Shown here in pieces: positions 1 to 15,900 of a stretch of 64,000 nucleotides of DNA. The DNA comes from Eledone cirrhosa. Lineage: Eukaryota. The stretch lies in NCBI GenBank assembly GCA_964016885.1, contig OZ024744.1, positions 106,020,001 to 106,084,000 of the forward strand, in the 5' to 3' direction. The notes beneath the pieces were generated by a model that searched no databases, was not told the origin of the DNA, and worked only from the letters and a program-made list of their open reading frames with translations. A program made the translations under genes and the position numbers. The stretch's first letter is position 1. Each line of letters opens with the position of its first letter.

Positions 1-10
1 GAATTCTTAC

Positions 11-84
11 TTCAGAGCAGTGTGTGAATCTTGTTTAAGTTCATTAAAAAATGCAATTTTGAATTGGTGTCGGACAAATAATAA
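11..84 (-). CDS. TRAPPC11: TRAPPC11 coding exon 6 (74 nt); gene continues beyond the window
   Basis: LLFVRHQFKIAFFNELKQDSHTAL(K/N); ctcttgTAG acceptor, AA|GTAAGA donor. Confidence 0.95.
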
Positions 85-171
85 CTACAAGAGAGAAAAA
101 AACAAAATTTAGTCAAAAATAAAAAAATAATTAAAAATAAAAATGTTAAATATTGAAGCTATTTAAATAAT

Positions 172-357
172 TGTTTCTACTTTTGGCACAAGGCCAGCAA
201 TTACCCAGTGCATTACCGGTACTTTATTTTATCGACCCCGTAAGGATGAAAGGTAAAGTTAACCTTGGCGGGATTTGAACTCAGAATGGCAAGGGCCGTA
301 ACTCTATGCGTCAAAGCATGGCGTCCGACCCTCTACCGATACTGCCAATCCACCGCC
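172..357 (-). mobile_element. tRNA-derived SINE family A (Nin/Deu-like central domain), full copy with TSD
   Basis: Minus strand reads GGCGGTGGATTGGCAGTATCGGTAGAG...GAGTTCAAATCCCGCC (B box)...CCTTTCATCCTTACGGGGTCGATAAAATAAAGTACC. Flanked by direct repeat TTGAAGCTATTTAAATAAT (153-171 / 358-376). Four more copies in the window. Confidence 0.88.
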
Positions 358-522
358 TTGAAGCTATTTAAATAATGAAATATTGATAGTATGAGCAGAA
401 TATAAATACAATTGGACAGATTGTTAAGCTCACCATTTTAATGTTTCTATTATAGTAAAGATATATTAACTTTCTTCAATTAATTACACATAATAAACAG
501 AAAATTAACATAATTAACCTAC

Positions 523-622
523 CTGGTGTGTTATTTTGTTGAGAAAATCTTTATGTGCCTTAACTTTCCTCGCTTCATTGTGATAATAATTCTGTGATTG
601 TTCATAAAATGCATTTTCTAGC
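523..622 (-). CDS. TRAPPC11: TRAPPC11 coding exon 5 (100 nt)
   Basis: (R)[33 protein letters not shown]; attaCAG acceptor, CAG|GTAGGT donor; phase 2 to 0. Confidence 0.95.
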
Positions 623-749
623 CTGTAATGAAAGAAATATAGTAAGAAAGAAATATAGCTATGTCACAGCAGGTATCTAGAAGAGTTAGCCCCAGGAAAG
701 GCCATGAAACACTGCTTCAAAAAGACATGTTCAAGCCCGGAGGCTCATG

Positions 750-980
750 AGGCCAGTGCTTATCCTGGTTTCTGTGGCATTAAGCAACTGAGAGTACAAG
801 ACTAAACCCTACACACCTAGGTATGATGCGAGTCCATTGCAGCGTTAAACGCCTGGTATCCATTTTCATCTGATTTTACCGGAGCAATGTGAAATGAAGT
901 ATTTTACTCAAGAACACAATACACAATCCAGTCCAGGAATTGAAACCAGGACATGATGATTGTCAGACTAACACCCTTAC
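750..980 (-). mobile_element. Old, degenerate CORE-like SINE
   Basis: gagcaatgtgaaatgaagtattttactcaagaacacaa...ggaattgaaacc resembles the family B SINE body at 37260-37340. Confidence 0.5.
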
Positions 981-982
981 TA

Positions 983-3900
983 CAAGATACTATGGGGGAC
1001 CTAAAATAGATAAAGGCCACAACTACAGGGTTTTATACCAAGATACTAACTGGTACCTTAGGTAGATAAAGGCCACAACTACAGGGTTTATACCAAGTTA
1101 CTATGTGGTACCTTAGATAGATAAAGGCCACAACTACAGGGTTTTATACCAAGATACTATGTGGTACCTTAGGTAGATAAAGGCCACAACTACAGGGTTT
1201 TATACCAAGATACTATGTGGTACCTTAGGTAGATAAAGGCCACAACTACAGGGTTTTATACCAAGATACTATGTGGTACCTTAGGTAAATAAAGGCCACA
1301 ACTACAGGGTTTTATACCAAGATACTATGTGGTACCTTAGGTAGGTAAAGGCCACAACTACAGGGTTTTATACCAAGATACTATGGGGGACCTTAAATAG
1401 ATAAAGGCCACAACTACAGGGTTTTATACCAAGATACTAACTGGTACCTTAGGTAGATAAAGGCCACAACTACAGGGTTTATACCAAGTTACTATGTGGT
1501 ACCTTAGATAGATAAAGGCCACAACTACAGGGTTTTATACCAAGATACTAACTGGTACCTTAGGTAGATAAAGGCCACAACTACAGGGTTTTATACCAAG
1601 ATACTATGTGGTACCTTAGATAGATAAAGGCCACAACTACGGGGTTTTATACCAAGATACTATGTGGTACCTTAGGTAGATAAAGGCCACAACTACAGGG
1701 TTTTATACCAAGATACTATGTGGTACCTTAGGTAGATAAAGGCCACAACTACAGGGTTTTATACCAAGATACTATGTGGTACCTTAGGTAGATAAAGGCC
1801 ACAACTACAGGGTTTTATACCAAGATACTATGTGGTACCTTAGATAGATAAAGGCCACAACTACAGGGTTTTATACCAAGATACTATGTGGTACCTTAGA
1901 TAGATAAAGGCCACAACTACAGGGTTATACCAAGATACTAACTGGTACCTTAGGTAGATAAAGGCCACAACTACAGGGTTTTATACCAAGATACTATGTG
2001 GTACCTTAGATAGATAAAGGCCACAACTACAGGGTTTTATACCAAGATACTAACTGGTACCTTAGGTAGATAAAGGCCACAACTACAGGGTTTTATACCA
2101 AGATACTATGTGGTACCTTAGGTAGATAAAGGCCACAACTACAGGGTTTTATACCAAGATACTATGTAGTACCTTAGGTAGATAAAGGCCACAACTACAG
2201 GGTTTTATACCAAGATACTATGTGGTACCTTAGGTAGATAAAGGCCACAACTACAGGGTTTTATACCAAGATACTATGTGGTACCTTAGGTAGATAAAGG
2301 CCACAGCTACAGGGTTTTATACCAAGATACTATGGGGGACCTTAAATAGATAAAGGCCACAACTACAGGGTTTTATACCAAGATACTAACTGGTACCTTA
2401 GGTAGATAAAGGCCACAACTACAGGGTTTATACCAAGTTACTATGTGGTACCTTAGATAGATAAAGGCCACAACTACAGGGTTTTATACCAAGATACTAA
2501 CTGGTACCTTAGGTAGATAAAGGCCACAACTACAGGGTTTTATACCAAGATACTATGTGGTACCTTAGATAGATAAAGGCCACAACTACGGGGTTTTATA
2601 CCAAGATACTATGTGGTACCTTAGGTAGATAAAGGCCACAACTACAGGGTTTTATACCAAGATACTATGTGGTACCTTAGGTAGATAAAGGCCACAACTA
2701 CAGGGTTTTATACCAAGATACTATGTGGTACCTTAGGTAGATAAAGGCCACAACTACAGGGTTTTATACCAAGATACTATGTGGTACCTTAGATAGATAA
2801 AGGCCACAACTACAGGGTTTTATACCAAGATACTATGTGGTACCTTAGATAGATAAAGGCCACAACTACAGGGTTATACCAAGATACTAACTGGTACCTT
2901 AGGTAGATAAAGGCCACAACTACAGGGTTTTATACCAAGATACTATGTGGTACCTTAGATAGATAAAGGCCACAACTACAGGGTTTTATACCAAGATACT
3001 AACTGGTACCTTAGGTAGATAAAGGCCACAACTACAGGGTTTTATACCAAGATACTATGTGGTACCTTAGGTAGATAAAGGCCACAACTACAGGGTTTTA
3101 TACCAAGATACTATGTAGTACCTTAGGTAGATAAAGGCCACAACTACAGGGTTTTATACCAAGATACTATGTGGTACCTTAGGTAGATAAAGGCCACAAC
3201 TACAGGGTTTTATACCAAGATACTATGTGGTACCTTAGGTAGATAAAGGCCACAGCTACAGGGTTTTATACCAAGATACTAACTGGTACCTTAGATAGAT
3301 AAAGGCCACAACTACGGGGTTTTATACCAAGATACTAACTGGTACCTTAGGTAGATAAAGGCCACAGCTACAGGGTTTTATACCAAGATACTATGTGGTA
3401 CCTTAGATAGATAAAGGCCACAACTACAGGGTTTTATACCAAGATACTAACTGGTACCTTAGGTAGATAAAGGCCACAACTACAGGGTTTTATACCAAGA
3501 TACTATGTGGTACCTTAGGTAGATAAAGGCCACAACTACGGGGTTTTATACCAAGATACTAACTGGTACCTTAGATAGATAAAGGCCACAACTACAGGGT
3601 TTTATACCAAGATACTAACTGGTACCTTAGGTAGATAAAGGCCACAACTACAGGGTTTTATACCAAGATACTATGTGGTACCTTAGATAGATAAAGGCCA
3701 CAACTACAGGGTTTTATACCAAGATACTATGTAGTACCTTAGATAGATAAAGGCCACAACTACAGGGTTTTATACCAAGATACTATGTGGTACCTTAGGT
3801 AGATAAAGGCCACAACTACAGGGTTTTATACCAAGATACTATGTGGTACCTTAGGTAGATAAAGGCCACAACTACAGGGTTTTATACCAAGATACTAACT

Positions 3901-6900
3901 GGTACCTTAGATAGATAAAGGCCACAACTACAGGGTTTTATACCAAGATACTATGTGGTACCTTAGGTAGATAAAGGCCACAACTACAGGGTTTTATACC
4001 AAGATACTAACTGGTACCTTAGATAGATAAAGGCCACAACTACGGGGTTTTATACCAAGATACTAACTGGTACCTTAGGTAGATAAAGGCCACAACTACA
4101 GGGTTTTATACCAAGATACTATGTGGTACCTTAGGTAGATAAAGGCCACAACTACAGGGTTTTATACCAAGATACTATGTGGTACCTTAGGTAGATAAAG
4201 GCCACAACTACAGGGTTTTATACCAAGATACTATGTGGTACCTTAGGTAGATAAAGGCCACAACTACAGGGTTTTATACCAAGATACTATGTGGTACCTT
4301 AGGTAGATAAAGGCCACAACTACGGGGTTTTATACCAAGATACTATGTGGTACCTTAGGTAGATAAAGGCCACAACTACAGGGTTTTATACCAAGATACT
4401 ATGTGGTACCTTAGATAGATAAAGGCCACAACTACAGGGTTTTATACCAAGATACTATGTGGTACCTTAGATAGATAAAGGCCACAACTACAGGGTTTTA
4501 TACCAAGATACTAACTGGTACCTTAGATAGATAAAGGCCACAACTACGGGGTTTTATACCAAGATACTAACTGGTACCTTAGATAGATAAAGGCCACAAC
4601 TACAGGGTTTTACACCAAGATACTAACTGGTACCTTAGGTAGATAAAGGCCACAACTACAGGGTTTTATACCAAGATACTATGTGGTACCTTAGGTAGAT
4701 AAAGGCCACAACTACAGGGTTTTATACCAAGATACTAACTGGTACCTTAGATAGATAAAGGCCACAGCTACAGGGTTTTATACCAAGATACTATGTGGTA
4801 CCTTAGATAGATAAAGGCCACAACTACAGGGTTTTATACCAAGATACTATGTGGTACCTTAGGTAGATAAAGGCCACAACTACAGGGTTTTATACCAAGA
4901 TACTATGTGGTACCTTAGATAGATAAAGGCCACAACTACAGGGTTTTATACCAAGATACTATGTGGTACCTTAGGTAGATAAAGGCCACAACTACAGGGT
5001 TTTATACCAAGATACTAACTGGTACCTTAGATAGATAAAGGCCACAACTACAGGGTTTTATACCAAGATACTAACTGGTACCTTAGGTAGATAAAGGCCA
5101 CAACTACGGGGTTTTATACCAAGATACTAACTGGTACCTTAGATAGATAAAGGCCACAACTACAGGGTTTTATACCAAGATACTATGTGGTACCTTAGGT
5201 AGATAAAGGCCACAACTACAGGGTTTTATACCAAGATACTATGTGGTACCTTAGATAGATAAAGGCCACAACTACAGGGTTTTATACCAAGATACTATGT
5301 GGTACCTTAGATAGATAAAGGCCACAACTACAGGGTTTTATACCAAGATACTATGTGGTACCTTAGATAGATAAAAGCCACAACTACAGGGTTTTATACC
5401 AAGATACTATGTGGTACCTTAGGTAGATAAAGGCCACAACTACAGGGTTTTATACCAAGATACTATGTGGTACCTTAGATAGATAAAGGCCACAACTACG
5501 GGGTTTTATACCAAGATACTAACTGGTACCTTAGATAGATAAAGGCCACAACTACAGGGTTTTATACCAAGATACTATGTGGTACCTTAGATAGATAAAG
5601 GCCACAGCTACAGGGTTTTATACCAAGATACTAACTGGTACTTTAGGTAGATAAAGGCCACAACTACAGGGTTTTATACCAAGATACTATGTGGTACCTT
5701 AGATAGATAAAGGCCACAACTACAGGGTTTTATACCAAGATACTATGTGGTACCTTAGGTAGATAAAGGCCACAACTACAGGGTTTTATACCAAGATACT
5801 ATGTGGTACCTTAGGTAGATAAAGGCCACAACTACGGGGTTTTATACCAAGATACTATGTGGTACCTTGGGTAGATAAAGGCCACAGCTACAGGGTTTTA
5901 TACCAAGATACTATGTGGTACCTTAGGTAGATAAAGGCCACAACAACAGGGTTTTATACCAAGATACTATGTGGTACCTTAGATAGATAAAGGCCACAAC
6001 TACAGGGTTTTATACCAAGATACTATGTGGTACCTTAGGTAGATAAAGGCCACAACTACAGGGTTTTATACCAAGATACTAACTGGTACCTTAGGTAGAT
6101 AAAGGCCACAACTACAGGGTTTTATACCAAGATACTATGTGGTACCTTAGGTAGATAAAGGCCGCAACTACAGGGTTTTATACCAAGATACTATGTGGTA
6201 CCTTAGATAGATAAAGGCCACAACTACAGGGTTTTATACCAAGATACTATGTGGTACCTTAGATAGATAAAGCCACAGCTACAGGGTTTTATACCAAGAT
6301 ACTATGTGGTACCTTAGGTAGATAAAGGCCACAACTACGGGGTTTTATACCAAGATACTATGTGGTACCTTAGGTAGATAAAGGCCACAACTACAGGGTT
6401 TTATACCAAGATACTAACTGGTACCTTAGATAGATAAAGGCCACAACTACGGGGTTTTATACCAAGATACTATGTGGTACCTTAGATAGATAAAGGCCAC
6501 AACTACAGGGTTTTATACCAAGATACTAACTGGTACCTTAGGTAGATAAAGGCCACAACTACAGGGTTTTATACCAAGATACTAACTGGTACCTTAGGTA
6601 GATAAAGGCCACAACTACAGGGTTTATACCAAGATACTATGTGGTACCTTAGGTAGATAAAGGCCACAACTACAGGGTTTTATACCAAGATACTATGTGG
6701 TACCTTAGATAGATAAAGGCCACAACTACGGGGTTTTATACCAAGATACTAACTGGTACCTTAGATAGATAAAGGCCACAACTACGGGGTTATACCAAGA
6801 TACTATGTGGTACCTTAGATAGATAAAGGCCACAACTACAGGGTTTTATACCAAGATACTAACTGGTACCTTAGGTAGATAAAGGCCACAACTACGGGGT

Positions 6901-9900
6901 TTTATACCAAGATACTAACTGGTACCTTAGATAGATAAAGGCCACAACTACAGGGTTTTACACCAAGATACTAACTGGTACCTTAGGTAGATAAAGGCCA
7001 CAACTACAGGGTTTTATACCAAGATACTATGTGGTACCTTAGGTAGATAAAGGCCGCAACTACAGGGTTTTATACCAAGATACTATGTGGTACCTTAGAT
7101 AGATAAAGGCCACAACTACAGGGTTTTATACCAAGATACTATGTGGTACCTTAGATAGATAAAGCCACAGCTACAGGGTTTTATACCAAGATACTATGTG
7201 GTACCTTAGGTAGATAAAGGCCACAACTACGGGGTTTTATACCAAGATACTATGTGGTACCTTAGGTAGATAAAGGCCACAACTACAGGGTTTTATACCA
7301 AGATACTAACTGGTACCTTAGATAGATAAAGGCCACAGCTACAGGGTTTTATACCAAGATACTATGTGGTACCTTAGATAGATAAAGGCCACAACTACAG
7401 GGTTTTATACCAAGATACTATGTGGTACCTTAGGTAGATAAAGGCCACAACTACAGGGTTTTATACCAAGATACTATGTGGTACCTTAGATAGATAAAGG
7501 CCACAACTACAGGGTTTTATACCAAGATACTATGTGGTACCTTAGGTAGATAAAGGCCACAACTACAGGGTTTTATACCAAGATACTAACTGGTACCTTA
7601 GATAGATAAAGGCCACAACTACAGGGTTTTATACCAAGATACTAACTGGTACCTTAGGTAGATAAAGGCCACAACTACGGGGTTTTATACCAAGATACTA
7701 ACTGGTACCTTAGATAGATAAAGGCCACAACTACAGGGTTTTATACCAAGATACTATGTGGTACCTTAGGTAGATAAAGGCCACAACTACAGGGTTTTAT
7801 ACCAAGATACTATGTGGTACCTTAGGTAGATAAAGGCCACAACTACAGGGTTTTATACCAAGATACTATGTGGTACCTTAGATAGATAAAGGCCACAACT
7901 ACAGGGTTTTATACCAAGATACTATGTGGTACCTTAGATAGATAAAGGCCACAACTACGGGGTTTTATACCAAGATACTATGTGGTACCTTAGGTAGATA
8001 AAGGCCACAACTACAGGGTTTTATACCAAGATACTATGTGGTACCTTAGGTAGATAAAGGCCACAACTACAGGGTTTTATACCAAGATACTAACTGGTAC
8101 CTTAGGTAGATAAAGGCCACAACTACAGGGTTTTATACCAAGATACTATGTGGTACCTTAGGTAGATAAAGGCCACAACTACGGGGTTTTATACCAAGAT
8201 ACTAACTGGTACCTTAGATAGATAAAGGCCACAACTACAGGGTTTTACACCAAGATACTAACTGGTACCTTAGGTAGATAAAGGCCACAACTACAGGGTT
8301 TTATACCAAGATACTATGTGGTACCTTAGGTAGATAAAGGCCACAACTACAGGGTTTTATACCAAGATACTAACTGGTACCTTAGATAGATAAAGGCCAC
8401 AGCTACAGGGTTTTATACCAAGATACTATGTGGTACCTTAGATAGATAAAGGCCACAACTACAGGGTTTTATACCAAGATACTATGTGGTACCTTAGGTA
8501 GATAAAGGCCACAACTACAGGGCTTTATACCAAGATACTATGTGGTACCTTAGATAGATAAAGGCCACAACTACAGGGTTTTATACCAAGATACTATGTG
8601 GTACCTTAGGTAGATAAAGGCCACAACTACAGGGTTTTATACCAAGATACTATGTGGTACCTTAGGTAGATAAAGGCCACAACTACGGGGTTTTATACCA
8701 AGATACTAACTGGTACCTTAGATAGATAAAGGCCACAACTACAGGGTTTTATACCAAGATACTATGTGGTACCTTAGGTAGATAAAGGCCACAACTACAG
8801 GGTTTTATACCAAGATACTATGTGGTACCTTAGGTAGATAAAGGCCACAACTACAGGGTTTTATACCAAGATACTATGTGGTACCTTAGATAGATAAAGG
8901 CCACAACTACAGGGTTTTATACCAAGATACTATGTGGTACCTTAGATAGATAAAGGCCACAACTACGGGGTTTTATACCAAGATACTATGTGGTACCTTA
9001 GGTAGATAAAGGCCACAACTACAGGGTTTTATACCAAGATACTATGTGGTACCTTAGGTAGATAAAGGCCACAACTACAGGGTTTTATACCAAGATACTA
9101 ACTGGTACCTTAGGTAGATAAAGGCCACAGCTACAGGGTTTTATACCAAGATACTATGTGGTACCTTAGGTAGATAAAGGCCACAACTACAGGGTTTTAT
9201 ACCAAGATACTATGTGGTACCTTAGGTAGATAAAGGCCACAACTACAGGGTTATACCAAGATACTAACTGGTACCTTAGATAGATAAAGGCCACAACTAC
9301 AGGGTTTTATACCAAGATACTATGTGGTACCTTAGGTAGATAAAGGCCACAACTACAGGGTTTTATACCAAGATACTATGTGGTACCTTAGATAGATAAA
9401 GGCCACAACTACAGGGTTTTATACCAAGATACTATGTGGTACCTTAGGTAGATAAAGGCCACAACTACAGGGTTTTATACCAAGATACTAACTAGTACCT
9501 TAGATAGATAAAGGCCACAGCTACAGGGTTTTATACCAAGATACTATGTGGTACCTTAGATAGATAAAGGCCACAACTACAGGGTTTTATACCAAGATAC
9601 TATGTGGTACCTTAGGTAGATAAAGGCCACAACTACAGGGTTTTATACCAAGATACTAACTGGTACCTTAGATAGATAAAGGCCACAACTACAGGGTTTT
9701 ATACCAAGATACTAACTGGTACCTTAGGTAGATAAAGGCCACAACTACGGGGTTTTATACCAAGATACTAACTGGTACCTTAGATAGATAAAGGCCACAA
9801 CTACAGGGTTTTATACCAAGATACTATGTGGTACCTTAGGTAGATAAAGGCCACAACTACAGGGTTTTATACCAAGATACTATGTGGTACCTTAGATAGA

Positions 9901-12900
9901 TAAAAGCCACAACTACAGGGTTTTATACCAAGATACTATGTGGTACCTTAGGTAGATAAAGGCCACAACTACAGGGTTTTATACCAAGATACTATGTGGT
10001 ACCTTAGGTAGATAAAGGCCACAACTACAGGGTTTTACACCAAGATACTATGTGGTACCTTAGATAGATAAAGGCCACAACTACGGGGTTATACCAAGAT
10101 ACTATGTGGTACCTTAGATAGATAAAGGCCACAACTACAGGGTTTTATACCAAGATACTAACTGGTACCTTAGGTAGATAAAGGCCACAGCTACAGGGTT
10201 TTATACCAAGATACTAACTGGTACCTTAGGTAGATAAAGGCCACAACTACGGGGTTTTATACCAAGATACTATGTGGTACCTTAGGTAGATAAAGGCCAC
10301 AACTACGGGGTTTTATACCAAGATACTATGTGGTACCTTAGGTAGATAAAGGCCACAACTACAGGGTTTTATACCAAGATACTATGTGGTACCTTAGATA
10401 GATAAAGGCCACAACTACAGTGTTTTATACCAAGATACTAACTGGTACCTTAGGTAGATAAAGGCCACAACTACAGGGTTTTATACCAAGATACTAACTG
10501 GTACCTTAGGTAGATAAAGGCCACAACTACAGGGTTTTATACCAAGATACTATGTGGTACCTTAGGTAGATAAAGGCCACAACTACAGGGTTTTATACCA
10601 AGATACTATGTGGTACCTTAGGTAGATAAAGGCCACAACTACAGGGTTTTATACCAAGATACTATGTGGTACCTTAGATAGATAAAGGCCACAACTACAG
10701 GGTTTTATACCAAGATACTAACTGGTACCTTAGGTAGATAAAGGCCACAACTACAGGGTTTTATACCAAGATACTATGTAGTACCTTAGATAGATAAAGG
10801 CCACAACTACAGGGTTTTATACCAAGATACTATGTGGTACCTTAGGTAGATAAAGGCCACAACTACAGGGTTTTATACCAAGATACTATGTGGTACCTTA
10901 GATAGATAAAGGCCACAACTACGGGGTTTTAAACCAAGATACTAACTGGTACCTTAGATAGATAAAGGCCACAACTACAGGGTTTTATACCAAGATACTA
11001 ACTGGTACCTTAGATAGATAAAGGCCACAACTACAGGGTTTTATACCAAGATACTAACTGGTACCTTAGATAGATAAAGGCCACAACTACAGGGTTTTAT
11101 ACCAAGATACTAACTGGTACCTTAGATAGATAAAGGCCACAACTACAGGGTTTTATACCAAGATACTAACTGGTACCTTAGATAGATAAAGGCCACAACT
11201 ACAGGGTTTTATACCAAGATACTAACTGGTACCTTAGATAGATAAAGGCCACAACTACAGGGTTTTATACCAAGATACTAACTGGTACCTTAGATAGATA
11301 AAGGCCACAACTACAGGGTTTTATACCAAGATACTATGTGGTACCTTAGATAGATAAAGGCCACAACTACAGGGTTTTATACCAAGATACTATGTGGTAC
11401 CTTAGATAGATAAAGGCCACAACTACAGGGTTTTATACCAAGATACTAACTGGTACCTTAGGTAGATAAAGGCCACAACTACAGGGTTTTATACCAAGAT
11501 ACTAACTGGTACCTTAGGTAGATAAAGGCCACAACTACAGGGTTTTATACCAAGATACTATGTAGTACCTTAGATAGATAAAGGCCACAGCTACAGGGTT
11601 TATACCAAGATACTATGTGGTACCTTAGGTAGATAAAGGCCACAACTACAGGGTTTTATACCAAGATACTATGTGGTACCTTAGGTAGATAAAGGCCACA
11701 ACTACAGGGTTTTATACCAAGATACTATGTGGTACCTTAGATAGATAAAGGCCACAACTACAGGGTTTTATACCAAGATACTAACTGGTACCTTAGGTAG
11801 ATAAAGGCCACAACTACAGGGTTTTATACCAAGATACTATGTGGTACCTTAGATAGATAAAGGCCACAACTACAGGGTTTTATACCAAGATACTATGTGG
11901 TACCTTAGGTAGATAAAGGCCACAACTACAGGGTTTTATACCAAGATACTATGTGGTACCTTAGGTAGATAAAGGCCACAACTACAGGGTTTTATACCAA
12001 GATACTATGTGGTACCTTAGGTAGATAAAGGCCACAACCACGGGGTTTTATACCAAGATACTAACTGGTACCTTAGATAGATAAAGGCCACAACTACGGG
12101 GTTATACCAAGATACTATGTGGTACCTTAGATAGATAAAGGCCACAACTACGGGGTTTTATACCAAGATACTATGTGGTACCTTAGGTAGATAAAGGCCA
12201 CAACTACAGGGTTTTATACCAAGATACTATGTGGTACCTTAGGTAGATAAAGGCCACAACTACAGGGTTTTATACCAAGATACTAACTGGTACGTTAGGT
12301 AGATAAAGGCCACAACTACAGGGTTTATACCAAGATACTAACTGGTACCTTAGATAGATAAAGGCCACAACTACAGGGTTTTATACCAAGATACTATGTG
12401 GTACCTTAGGTAGATAAAGGCCACAACTACGGGGTTTTATACCAAGATACTAACTGGTACCTTAGATAGATAAAGGCCACAACTACAGGGTTTTACACCA
12501 AGATACTAACTGGTACCTTAGGTAGATAAAGGCCACAACTACAGGGTTTTATACCAAGATACTATGTGGTACCTTAGGTAGATAAAGGCCACAACTACAG
12601 GGTTTTATACCAAGATACTAACTGGTACCTTAGATAGATAAAGGCCACAGCTACAGGGTTTTATACCAAGATACTATGTGGTACCTTAGATAGATAAAGG
12701 CCACAACTACAGGGTTTTATACCAAGATACTATGTGGTACCTTAGGTAGATAAAGGCCACAACTACAGGGCTTTATACCAAGATACTATGTGGTACCTTA
12801 GATAGATAAAGGCCACAACTACAGGGTTTTATACCAAGATACTATGTGGTACCTTAGGTAGATAAAGGCCACAACTACAGGGTTTTATACCAAGATACTA

Positions 12901-15900
12901 ACTGGTACCTTAGGTAGATAAAGGCCACAACTACGGGGTTTTATACCAAGATACTAACTGGTACCTTCGATAGATAAAGGCCACAACTACAGGGTTTTAT
13001 ACCAAGATACTATGTGGTACCTTAGGTAGATAAAGGCCACAACTACAGGGTTTTTTACCAAGATACTATGTGGTACCTTAGATAGATAAAAGCCACAACT
13101 ACAGGGTTTTATACCAAGATACTATGTGGTACCTTAGGTAGATAAAGGCCACAACTACAGGGTTTTATACCAAGATACTATGTGGTACCTTAGATAGATA
13201 AAGGCCACAACTACGGGGTTTTATACCAAGATACTAACTGGTACCTTAGATAGATAAAGGCCACAACTACAGGGTTTTATACCAAGATACTATGTGGTAC
13301 CTTAGGTAGATAAAGGCCACAACTACAGGGCTTTATACCAAGATACTATGTGGTACCTTAGATAGATAAAGGCCACAGCTACAGGGTTTTATACCAAGAT
13401 ACTATGTAGTACCTTAGATAGATAAAGGCCACAGCGACAGGGTTTTATACCAAGATACTAACTGGTACCTTAGGTAGATAAAGGCCACAACTACAGGGTT
13501 TTATACCAAGATACTATGTGGTACCTTAGGTAGATAAAGGCCACAACTACAGGGTTTTATACCAAGATACTATGTGGTACCTTAGGTAGATAAAGGCCAC
13601 AACTACAGGGTTTTATACCAAGATACTATGTGGTACCTTAGGTAGATAAAGGCCACAACTACAGGGTTTTATACCAAGATACTAACTGGTACCTTAGATA
13701 GATAAAGGCCACAACTACAGGGTTTTATACCAAGATACTATGTGGTACCTTAGGTAGATAAAGGCCACAACTACAGGGTTTTATACCAAGATACTATGTG
13801 GTACCTTAGATAGATAAAGGCCACAACTACGGGGTTTTATACCAAGATACTAACTGGTACCTTAGATAGATAAAGGCCACAACTACTGGGTTATACCAAG
13901 ATACTATGTGGTACCTTAGATAGATAAAGGCCACAACTACGGGGTTTTATACCAAGACACTATGTGGTACCTTAGGTAGATAAAGGCCACAACTACAGGG
14001 TTTTATACCAAGATACTATGTGGTACCTTAGGTAGATAAAGGCCACAACTACAGGGTTTTATACCAAGATACTAACTGGTACCTTAGGTAGATAAAGGCC
14101 ACAACTACGGGGTTTTATACCAAGATACTATGTGGTACCTTAGGTAGATAAAGGCCACAACTACGGGGTTTTATACCAAGATACTATGTGGTACCTTAGG
14201 TAGATAAAGGCCACAACTACAGGGTTTTATACCAAGATACTATGTGGTACCTTAGATAGATAAAGGCCACAACTACAGGGTTTTATACCAAGATACTAAC
14301 TGGTACCTTAGGTAGATAAAGGCCACAACTACAGGGTTTTATACCAAGATACTAACTGGTACCTTAGGTAGATAAAGGCCACAACTACAGGGTTTTATAC
14401 CAAGATACTAACTGGTACCTTAGGTAGATAAAGGCCACAACTACAGGGTTTTATACCAAGATACTATGTAGTACCTTAGATAGATAAAGGCCACAACTAC
14501 AGGGTTTTATACCAAGATACTATGTGGTACCTTAGGTAGATAAAGGCCACAACTACAGGGTTTTATACCAAGATACTATGTGGTACCTTTAGATAGATAA
14601 AGGCCACAACTACAGGGTTTTATACCAAGATACTAACTGGTACCTTAGGTAGATAAAGGCCACAACTACAGGGTTTTATACCAAGATACTATGTGGTACC
14701 TTAGGTAGATAAAGGCCACAACTACAGGGTTTTATACCAAGATACTATGTGGTACCTTAGATAGATAAAGGCCACAACCACGGGGTTTTATACCAAGATA
14801 CTAACTGGTACCTTAGATAGATAAAGGCCACAACTACGGGGTTTTATACCAAGATACTATGTGGTACCTTAGGTAGATAAAGGCCACAACTACAGGGTTT
14901 TATACCAAGATACTATGTGGTACCTTAGGTAGATAAAGGCCACAACTACAGGGTTTTATACCAAGATACTAACTGGTACCTTAGGTAGATAAAGGCCACA
15001 ACTACAGGGTTTATACCAAGATACTATGTGGTACCTTAGGTAGATAAAGGCCACAACTACAGGGTTTTATACCAAGATACTATGTGGTACCTTAGATAGA
15101 TAAAGGCCACAACTACAGGGTTTTATACCAAGATACTATGTGGTACCTTAGGTAGATAAAGGCCACAACTACAGGGTTTTATACCAAGATACTATGTGGT
15201 ACCTTAGATAGATAAAGGCCACAACTACAGGGTTTTATACCAAGATACTAACTGGTACCTTAGGTAGATAAAGGCCACAACTACGGGGTTTTATACCAAG
15301 ATACTAACTGGTACCTTAGATAGATAAAGGCCACAACTACAGGGTTTTACACCAAGATACTAACTGGTACCTTAGGTAGATAAAGGCCACAACTACAGGG
15401 TTTTATACCAAGATACTATGTGGTACCTTAGGTAGATAAAGGCCACAACTACAGGGTTTTATACCAAGATACTAACTGGTACCTTAGATAGATAAAGGCC
15501 ACAGCTACAGGGTTTTATACCAAGATACTATGTGGTACCTTAGATAGATAAAGGCCACAACTACAGGGTTTTATACCAAGATACTATGTGGTACCTTAGG
15601 TAGATAAAGGCCACAACTACAGGGCTTTATACCAAGATACTATGTGGTACCTTAGATAGATAAAGGCCACAACTACAGGGTTTTATACCAAGATACTATG
15701 TGGTACCTTAGGTAGATAAAGGCCACAACTACAGGGTTTTATACCAAGATACTAACTGGTACCTTAGGTAGATAAAGGCCACAACTACGGGGTTTTATAC
15801 CAAGATACTAACTGGTACCTTAGATAGATAAAGGCCACAACTACAGGGTTTTATACCAAGATACTATGTGGTACCTTAGGTAGATAAAGGCCACAACTAC